Of a DNA stretch of 64,000 nucleotides, positions 57,199-64,000 are shown one piece after another (position 1 is the first letter of the stretch; each line of letters starts with the position of its first letter). A program made the position numbers and the translations under genes. Location: positions 51,052 to 115,051 of the forward strand of contig DAHXNY010000001.1 of the NCBI GenBank assembly GCA_027365175.1, read 5' to 3'. Below the pieces are notes generated by a model. It had not been told where the DNA came from. It saw nothing but the letters and a program-made list of their open reading frames with translations, and made no database searches. The stretch is from Candidatus Micrarchaeota archaeon. GTDB lineage: Archaea > Micrarchaeota > Micrarchaeia > Micrarchaeales > CABMGC01.

Positions 57199-59945
57199 CC
57201 GTTCCAAAACTTCCTGTTCTTTATGAATTTCTTCTGTTCCTCAAGTACGTCGACAAAGAACTCCTTGTAATCCCTCCTGAGCATCCGCAGCACTCTTGCA
57301 GCAGTATCAACTCCTATTCCATATACCGACAACGCGATTACCGCACGGTTCCCGTACTCCGTTATCAATCCTGCCTCTTTTACAATGCTCGTGTATATCT
57401 TTGCGTCTCCCCTGTTTAACGCCTTGCCCCCGATACGCTTGTTTATCACTGCAGCCTTCTCATCCTCATATATCACCACCATCGGGCTTCCGCACTTCCT
57501 GCACTTTATGCTCTTGTCACTGTCAAAATCCATCTTCTCTTCAAACGCGTAGCTGCAGAAACTGCAGAGCATGAGCAGGCTCTCCTTAGAGAGCTTCTCC
57601 TTAAGCCTCTCCACCGCATCCTCCTTGCCAAATTCAGGAGAAAGAAGTTCGGAATAACTATATGCAGACTGTATTATCTCCCTGGTAAGCGGCGAACCTG
57701 TTGAATACCGGAGCTCAATTTTTATTTCGCCTGCCTTCAGTCCACGCGCAAATTCCCTGACTGATTCTATGTCAAAATAATTTTTTCCGAGCTCTCTTGC
57801 CACCTCCTCCATCACAACCGAACCGTCATAGAAATTCATCACTCTGTCTATGGCCCCTCTCCCGGTCTTCGCCCCCTTGTCTATTATCCCGAAAAGAGTG
57901 GCGATCTTGACAAACCTGTACCTGAAAAGGTCAGAGCCGCGTATAACATCAAGAGAGTCAAGCCTTTCCATATGCGCTATCTCCAGTATTGCCTTTTTGA
58001 CATCCGGTTTCCTGAAATTAAGGCCAAATTCCAGCACAATTGCATAAGGTGTCGCCTTCGCAGTAACGCGCCCCCCCGAAGAGTAGGAACAGACATACGA
58101 GAGAAGACGCGCGAGCAGCTCGTTGCCAAGTTTTCCCAGAGCAACATACACAATCGCATAATCTTCCAATTCCTCAACTATGATCCTAGTACTGCTGGGG
58201 ACAAAGAAGGAGCGCTGCTTCTCTATGAATGTTTCAGCTCTGATCATTGCATGAGGATCGAAGAAAACAGATCTCTTGCCAAGCCCATTTTCAATAAATG
58301 CGTATGCCTTTTCCGCAGTCTCTTTAGAGACAGGTATGTCCTCTCCTTCCCAATCGGGAATAGTCGCCTCCACCCTCTCCCCAGGCTCAACAAATATCGT
58401 ACCTTCATCAATGCTTACCACTCTCCACGGCATGCCCTTGCTTATGAAGTATGACCCCTCATCTATGTTGGAATAGACAAATTTCTCGTCAAGATAGGAT
58501 ATGATCCGGTTGGTCACAGCATTTTTTACAGGGAAACGCGACACCTCAGGTATGACGCTTATATTCTTATAGAAATACTTTCTTGACCTCCTGCCTATCG
58601 ATATCTTGCCGTCTCTAACATTGATTATGCCTATGCTCTCAGCAAAAGAGACTATCTGCTGGAACTTTTCCATCTTGAGCTTTCTGAAGTTCGCCGATCC
58701 GCTTATTATCCCGAACGCAGTTGCATATTCTATCTCACCGTATTCAAGTGCCATGCCACCCAGTTGGTTGACCAAAACATCATACGGGCTCTCCTCTATG
58801 CCGCTCCTCTCAAAACTGCCTGCCAAGGCATTGTCCAGGATGGCTGCGGCTTCAAGTGCCTCAAGGTTTTCCGAGACTATTATACTTCCTTTAGATACCT
58901 TGCCAACGCTGTGCCCTCCTCTACCTATGCGCTGTATCAAGCGAGTGGCTCTTCTAGGAGAGCCGTACTGTATGACAAAGTCAACCTTTCCTATATCAAT
59001 TCCAAGCTCAAGCGAACTGGTCGCTACTATCGCTTTGAACCTTCCCTCCTTGAATCCAGATTCAGTCGCAATCCTCTCCTCCTTCTCTATGGAGCCGTGG
59101 TGAACGCTCAAAGGGCCGAATCCCGTCTTCTTGTCAAGATAGAGGAGCTTCCTCCCAAGCGCCTCAACTGCCTGCCTGGTATTAGCAAACACTATCGTGG
59201 CGTCGGATTCCTTTATCAAAGATGCAATGCGGTATATCCTTGCTGCAGCAGCTTCATCTATGCTGAAGAACTCCTTTATCTCTTCAGAGTCTTTCGCTCT
59301 TTCAGGCATCTCTATCTTTATGTCAAACGTCTTTTCAGTATCAGATCCTATGACAACATACTTCCTTTCAGAAAAGATAAACCTGCACGCCTCGTCAACA
59401 TTGCCTATTGTAGCGCTTATCCCTATCCTCTGGAATCCTGGTGCAAGCGCCTCCAGCCTCTCCAGGGCCACGGAGAGCTGCGCCCCTCTCTTATTGTAGT
59501 ATAATTCATGCAGCTCATCAACCACAACAACCTTTACATTCTTCAGAGAATCCCTAAGCCTTTTAGAGAGGAAGAGGTTCTGCAGGGTTTCCGGAGTAGT
59601 TACAAGTATTCTCGGTGGCTCTTCAGCCTGCTCCCTCCTCTCTTTCAAAGAGGTATCTCCGTGCCTTACTGCCATCGTCACTCCGGATGCTGTGGATAGA
59701 GAGGTGAGCCTTTTCAGCAGATCCCTATTAAGCGATTTAAGAGGCGTTATATACAAAGCAAATATCCCGTTCTCATGTGCCTGCGCCATCTTTAGCATCG
59801 GAAGGAAGACTGCCTCTGTCTTCCCGCTTCCAGTAGGCGCAGCTATGATGCAGTTCCTTTTTCCTTCTATTTCCTTGAAAGACCTTTCCTGGATCTGGGT
59901 AAACGTCCCATACTTATCCAGAAAAAGTGAGAATGGATCCATCAT
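57195..59945 (-). CDS. Lhr-like SF2 helicase with C-terminal Zn finger
   Basis: APTGSGKT, RHGDT, TTPE, DELH, SAT, HHGS, TSSLELGID.G, QR.GR.GH, IP.W.GE, C..C...C..C. Confidence 0.93.
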   Translation of the reverse strand: MMDPFSLFLDKYGTFTQIQERSFKEIEGKRNCIIAAPTGSGKTEAVFLPMLKMAQAHENGIFALYITPLKSLNRDLLKRLTSLSTASGVTMAVRHGDTSLKERREQAEEPPRILVTTPETLQNLFLSKRLRDSLKNVKVVVVDELHELYYNKRGAQLSVALERLEALAPGFQRIGISATIGNVDEACRFIFSERKYVVIGSDTEKTFDIKIEMPERAKDSEEIKEFFSIDEAAAARIYRIASLIKESDATIVFANTRQAVEALGRKLLYLDKKTGFGPLSVHHGSIEKEERIATESGFKEGRFKAIVATSSLELGIDIGKVDFVIQYGSPRRATRLIQRIGRGGHSVGKVSKGSIIVSENLEALEAAAILDNALAGSFERSGIEESPYDVLVNQLGGMALEYGEIEYATAFGIISGSANFRKLKMEKFQQIVSFAESIGIINVRDGKISIGRRSRKYFYKNISVIPEVSRFPVKNAVTNRIISYLDEKFVYSNIDEGSYFISKGMPWRVVSIDEGTIFVEPGERVEATIPDWEGEDIPVSKETAEKAYAFIENGLGKRSVFFDPHAMIRAETFIEKQRSFFVPSSTRIIVEELEDYAIVYVALGKLGNELLARLLSYVCSYSSGGRVTAKATPYAIVLEFGLNFRKPDVKKAILEIAHMERLDSLDVIRGSDLFRYRFVKIATLFGIIDKGAKTGRGAIDRVMNFYDGSVVMEEVARELGKNYFDIESVREFARGLKAGEIKIELRYSTGSPLTREIIQSAYSYSELLSPEFGKEDAVERLKEKLSKESLLMLCSFCSYAFEEKMDFDSDKSIKCRKCGSPMVVIYEDEKAAVINKRIGGKALNRGDAKIYTSIVKEAGLITEYGNRAVIALSVYGIGVDTAARVLRMLRRDYKEFFVDVLEEQKKFIKNRKFWNG

Positions 59946-59949
59946 AAGA

Positions 59950-61587
59950 TTAGACTACATATGCGCTTCCGTTAGCCTGGAGCCTTGTCCTGTTAAGGGT
60001 ATAATTGAGCGTAAGGCCCAGGTACAGGTTGAACGGCACTCCGTATATCTTTGTGCCGTTGTAATAGGCGCATCCTATGCTGAGGTTTGCAGCCTGCTTG
60101 GCCTCCAACGTATAGTTTACTCTTGTGAAGAGCAGCGAGGGAGCTTCCGCAAAGCAGCTCCCGGCAGTCAAGGCGACTGTATTATTGTAATTGTTTATCA
60201 CACGGAAGTGCAATGTGCTGTTTGAAAATGCTACGTCTGTGCAGTTGAACCCTTCTACAAAACCACACACACTCTGTATTCCGGGCAGGAAGACAAGGGA
60301 CTTGGCGCTGCTATTGTAAAACGAAGCATGTATCAGCTCTATGGCCTCAGGTACCGTTTCCAATAACCTGGAGGTGCTTGAAAGCGAGTAGTCGGTATAG
60401 TTGATTCCTCCAACATACGCGCGTGTAGAAATAAGGGAGTAATTACCTATCTTGCCAGAGGCCTGAAGATCATATGATGAACAGTAAGATATGCCAGATA
60501 TATTGTAAATTGCACCATAGCATACTAGCAACGGACTGGTAAGGTTTGTAGATATCTGTATGTAATGTACGCTATTGTTCATCTCCAGAAGCTCTCCATG
60601 GCTGAAAACATTGCCGACAAAACCCGAATAGTTGCCTATCACAGTAGCATTAGATGCGAGAGAGTCGTTCCTGAACTTCATATTCTGCATCACTGGTGTG
60701 TAATATGACGCAGGAGGGTGCTCCAATACGCGCGTGCAGTTTTCAGTACCGTTTGTACCTATAATTTTTATCCATCCACCGCTATACCAGCTGCACATTG
60801 TTGATATGTTGCTGAGCTTTACGAAGGTAATCTGCGTTCCATTGTAAGTGAAGTTATGGTGTGCAAGACCTTTGTACCCTGCAGCATATACAAAAGCCGA
60901 AGGTTCAAGATAGCCCTTTAGCCATATGGAAGAGATCGCGTTATTTCCTGAATATTCTCCGTTAGAGTACGCCATCTCGTTTATGTAAGCACCTGCAATG
61001 CTTGTAATCGGATACAGGAAGGTATTCAAAGCGCTGATATTGGAGAAAACCATCGGTGAGGAAGAGAAGTTTGTGTAGAAGAAGGAATCTGTAACAACTC
61101 CTGAGCTTTTCAGATTCACATAAGACCCTGAAACAAGCCCATTTCTTGCCATGTATGAATAAGGGGCAGAAGACTCGCTGTTGCTTACTACGAAGCTTGC
61201 ATTCGACTGTGCCTGCGCCCTGTCAGATATGCTGATGACTCTTCCAGGGTCTGCAACCACAGAGACGTTGTATGTGCCTGCCTTTGCTGGAGTGTAATTG
61301 AAAGGTATGACGGCAGCCTTTCCCACAGGTATGTCAAGTTTGTATGTGTTCTTCAGGCTTCCGTTCATGTAAAGCCCGAAATCAAGATTTGATATAGAAG
61401 AACTGCCTGTATTCGTAACGACTATAGGTATTGCCACATTCTGGTAAGGGTAAATATTCTTATTGAGCATGGTCTTGTTGAAAGATACCGTTAACTGATA
61501 GGACGCAGTGTAATAGAACCTGTAGTACAGTGCAGCTCCTGCAATTATCACGAAAATCGCAATCCATATGTATATCTCGTTCTTCAT
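59950..61587 (-). CDS. Membrane-anchored surface protein with CARDB-like domain
   Basis: N-terminal TM, V.NTG...F.YTP..AG.Y.V.V.ADP, Cys-paired C-terminal domain, many sequons. Confidence 0.78.
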   Translation of the reverse strand: MKNEIYIWIAIFVIIAGAALYYRFYYTASYQLTVSFNKTMLNKNIYPYQNVAIPIVVTNTGSSSISNLDFGLYMNGSLKNTYKLDIPVGKAAVIPFNYTPAKAGTYNVSVVADPGRVISISDRAQAQSNASFVVSNSESSAPYSYMARNGLVSGSYVNLKSSGVVTDSFFYTNFSSSPMVFSNISALNTFLYPITSIAGAYINEMAYSNGEYSGNNAISSIWLKGYLEPSAFVYAAGYKGLAHHNFTYNGTQITFVKLSNISTMCSWYSGGWIKIIGTNGTENCTRVLEHPPASYYTPVMQNMKFRNDSLASNATVIGNYSGFVGNVFSHGELLEMNNSVHYIQISTNLTSPLLVCYGAIYNISGISYCSSYDLQASGKIGNYSLISTRAYVGGINYTDYSLSSTSRLLETVPEAIELIHASFYNSSAKSLVFLPGIQSVCGFVEGFNCTDVAFSNSTLHFRVINNYNNTVALTAGSCFAEAPSLLFTRVNYTLEAKQAANLSIGCAYYNGTKIYGVPFNLYLGLTLNYTLNRTRLQANGSAYVV

Positions 61588-61602
61588 AGAAAAAGCACCA
61601 CT

Positions 61603-62085
61603 TCAATTCTTGCTGCTTATCTCCTTTAACACTTCTTTTATGTTGCTGAATACATCTTTATAATAACTCTCAAAAATATTGAAGTTCCAAGGTTCATGGG
61701 CCATTCCCGGCGCCGAAGCGCTTCTCTTAAAGTAAAAGCGTCCATCAGAATTGTCCACAAGCCCCATCTTCTTCATGCGGAGCAGGTGGTATCTGAGTGT
61801 CTTCTCGTTCATCGGCTCCCACTTGCTGCTTATGTAATCAAGAAGCTCGGGCACTTTCGGATCATGTTTCTTGTTAAACTGGAAGTTGAGCATTGCGTCA
61901 AGTACGGCTAAGGCTGAGAGTCTGGACTCTCCAGGGTTTATTATGCCCAAAGAGAGGGCAAGCCATCTGAGCGCAGAGCGTTTCGTCTCAAGCACCTCCT
62001 TGGTCAGCCTCATCTTCCTGAGTGTAAGCTCCCCTTCTATAAGACTGCTTTCATTAAGTTCCAAAGAATCTCCTGCTACAAACAA
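61603..62085 (-). CDS. Winged-helix putative transcriptional regulator
   Basis: LRW.A.SLG...PGE, EKTLRYHL.RM...GLV....GRFY. Confidence 0.72.
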   Translation of the reverse strand: MFVAGDSLELNESSLIEGELTLRKMRLTKEVLETKRSALRWLALSLGIINPGESRLSALAVLDAMLNFQFNKKHDPKVPELLDYISSKWEPMNEKTLRYHLLRMKKMGLVDNSDGRFYFKRSASAPGMAHEPWNFNIFESYYKDVFSNIKEVLKEISSKN

Positions 62086-62156
62086 TAAGGATTATAGATA
62101 ATATCTTATATAATTTTGCTACGATTCAATATTACTCATTTTAACAGGGTGAAAAC

Positions 62157-62507
62157 ATGGAACCACAAAGCAACCAGCAAAAAGAGATAGAGAAGCTTGC
62201 AAAGGACTACCAGGTCGCACAGGAGCAGCTTCGACTAGTCACGCTGCAGCTAGAGCAGCTCAGGGCCCAGAAGGCAGAGCTTGACGGTGCAAAGGAGCAG
62301 CTAGAGAAGGCTACGGGCAAGACCTACTCCACTATAGGGGGGATAATGGTAGAGACTGACAAGACAAAGGCACTGGAAGACGTAAAGGACAGGGCAGAAC
62401 TCACCCAGGCAAGGCTGCAGTCGATAAACAAGCAGTATACCGAGCTGAGAGCAAAGGAGAAGGATCTGAACGCCAAGATAGCTGACATATACAAGGGCAG
62501 CCAGTAA
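62157..62507 (+). CDS. pfdB: Prefoldin beta subunit
   Basis: Coiled coil / Y..IG..MVE hairpin / coiled coil, 116 aa. Confidence 0.9.
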   Translation: MEPQSNQQKEIEKLAKDYQVAQEQLRLVTLQLEQLRAQKAELDGAKEQLEKATGKTYSTIGGIMVETDKTKALEDVKDRAELTQARLQSINKQYTELRAKEKDLNAKIADIYKGSQ

Positions 62508-62526
62508 TTCTTACACGGGTGAGCCG

Positions 62527-63036
62527 CTGAAATACTACGATATTGTCAATACAGAAGCAAGCGAACAGCTCTCAAAAAGGCTTGGGTTCACCAAACTGCT
62601 CGTATGCGGACATGAGGTGGACATTAAGGCAGCAGCGCAGTCCTACCCAAAAAAAACAATAGCAACCGGGACGAACGAAGGCCTTCTTGCGAAATCACTG
62701 AAGGACAGAAATACCATAGGTGTACTGCCCACAAGCATGCCTTCAAAGAAGCTGATAGCGATGCTTTCGGAACACGACAAAACCCTATTCGTAAATGTAA
62801 ACACCGTAATCACTGCAGATCCGAAGCAGCAGCAGAAGCTGATATACCTGTATCGAAAAACAATGCACTACTGCAAGCAATTCAGGGTTAACGTCTGCCC
62901 TGTGACATTGGCGGGATCCGAGCATGAGCTTCTTTCAGCAAAACAGCTCATTGTACTGATAAAATTTCTCGGCTTCACCGGTGACGAGAAAAAAGCTCTA
63001 AGCACGCTGGGTTTTCTACATGGCAAAACGAATTAA
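62527..63036 (+). CDS. RNase P subunit Rpp30-like protein (reduced, 169 aa)
   Basis: CTG start behind GGGTGAG gives (M)KYYDIV...LGF; C-terminal T.A...EL.S......LG....K.ALS; overlaps the pop5-like gene. Confidence 0.65.
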   Translation: MKYYDIVNTEASEQLSKRLGFTKLLVCGHEVDIKAAAQSYPKKTIATGTNEGLLAKSLKDRNTIGVLPTSMPSKKLIAMLSEHDKTLFVNVNTVITADPKQQQKLIYLYRKTMHYCKQFRVNVCPVTLAGSEHELLSAKQLIVLIKFLGFTGDEKKALSTLGFLHGKTN

Positions 63037-63334
63037 GAACAGATACATACTGGCAGAGACCTCTTCGGCTCTTGATTTCAATGACCTTGCTACTCAACGA
63101 TCCCTTGAAGCGGGCATCATGCAAATCCTAGGGACGATGGGTTATTCCTATTCAAATCCGAAGATAATGCTTGCAGCAGGCAGGCAGTTCATTCTAAGGA
63201 TACAGCGAAGCTCCGAAGACAGCATAATCCTTGCCCTGTCATTCATAAAAAATGTAAACGGAAAAGCGACAGGGATATACACTACCAAAACTTCAGGAAC
63301 TATCAAGTCCCTAAAAGAAGCACTAATCAAATAG
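63020..63334 (+). CDS. pop5: RNase P subunit Pop5/Rpp14 family
   Basis: K.RYIL, LG..G, FILR..R, AL..I, TSGTIK. Confidence 0.85.
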   Translation: MAKRIKNRYILAETSSALDFNDLATQRSLEAGIMQILGTMGYSYSNPKIMLAAGRQFILRIQRSSEDSIILALSFIKNVNGKATGIYTTKTSGTIKSLKEALIK

Positions 63335-63685
63335 CTTTCTCCTAGCGTCGCGCATATCTATGTCGTTAAACAACCTGCGTGCATTCTCATTGTTTAATGT
63401 TCCTCCTACAAAAACCTCTCTCACATCCCCATTTGCATACTTATGCTGCCTATATGCTGACAACCCATAAGCGCAGGCCGTATTCTGTTTCAATAAAGAA
63501 CCATCTTTATCATGCCCTTCTTTCGTAACTCTTATTATCAAATCCCCACCTGAGTCAGGGACAGTGGCGCGATATGCCGTCAAAAACGTAAAACCATTAT
63601 CCATGCTCCACGAAGTTACTGGCACCTTCCTGGCCAGATTTACCACCTGCTGTTCATCCAACATACTTTTCATTGCATTTGCCAT
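63323..63685 (-). CDS. Hypothetical protein
   Basis: ATG 63685 preceded by GGTGAG; open frame; no recognisable motif. Confidence 0.6.
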   Translation of the reverse strand: MANAMKSMLDEQQVVNLARKVPVTSWSMDNGFTFLTAYRATVPDSGGDLIIRVTKEGHDKDGSLLKQNTACAYGLSAYRQHKYANGDVREVFVGGTLNNENARRLFNDIDMRDARRKLFD

Positions 63686-63716
63686 ACTCTCACCTGCCAA
63701 ATAACCGCACATTCTG

Positions 63717-63989
63717 TCATATCTTCCTACGTGTACCTAGGAAATCCCTGATACCAGTTACTGCTTCTGTCTGCACCAGTTCCCTATTTACCCTTATCAA
63801 TTCAACAAATTTTGCATCTCTCCCATTCTTCCACTCTACTATACTGTCGCGAACATTGCATATCGCCTTGCTATGGGATTCTCCTATAGGATACCCATCA
63901 ACCCAAGCCTGCGCGAAACGCTTCTGTGCCTGTCTTGCAAGAGGGCTTCCAGGCATTCTATCCGAGCACCCGGAAATTTCAACATGCAC
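63717..63989 (-). CDS. Hypothetical protein (probably truncated by the window edge)
   Basis: Open frame close to the window end; no recognisable motif. Confidence 0.45.
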   Translation of the reverse strand: MHVEISGCSDRMPGSPLARQAQKRFAQAWVDGYPIGESHSKAICNVRDSIVEWKNGRDAKFVELIRVNRELVQTEAVTGIRDFLGTRRKI

Positions 63990-64000
63990 CTCGTTTCCGC

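Overview
Core-genome segment of a small-genome archaeon, most likely DPANN Micrarchaeota (inferred from a three-unit epsilon2-type tRNA splicing endonuclease, an intron-containing tRNA-Ile(UAU), gyrAB, and split rpoB/rpoA). It encodes replication, transcription and translation genes (mcm, gins, radA, gyrBA, Lhr helicase, rpoH-B''-B'-A'-A'', TFE, SRP54, Met/Cys/Trp-tRNA ligases, Kae1/Bud32, aIF2-alpha, eL42, dph5, RNase P proteins). It also has six tRNAs (two with BHB introns), surface proteins, an accessory transport/detox block (28.3-37.6 kb) and a 1.4 kb tRNA-Glu att-flanked islet. Main observations not in the ORF track: (1) a candidate replication origin at about 50.55-50.66 kb, with inverted 19-bp repeats around a 74-bp AT-rich spacer and an apparent strand-skew inversion, whose repeat recurs exactly in the mcm promoter 49 kb away and partly upstream of a candidate sRNA near radA; (2) CTG initiation in three genes; (3) two small unlisted ORFs (eL41 and a 21-aa Lys/Ala peptide); (4) CDSs abutting or overlapping tRNA 5' ends; (5) degenerate catalytic motifs in RNA polymerase, TrpRS and a glutamate-cysteine-ligase homologue. 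All calls come from reading motifs by eye; no database searches were run.
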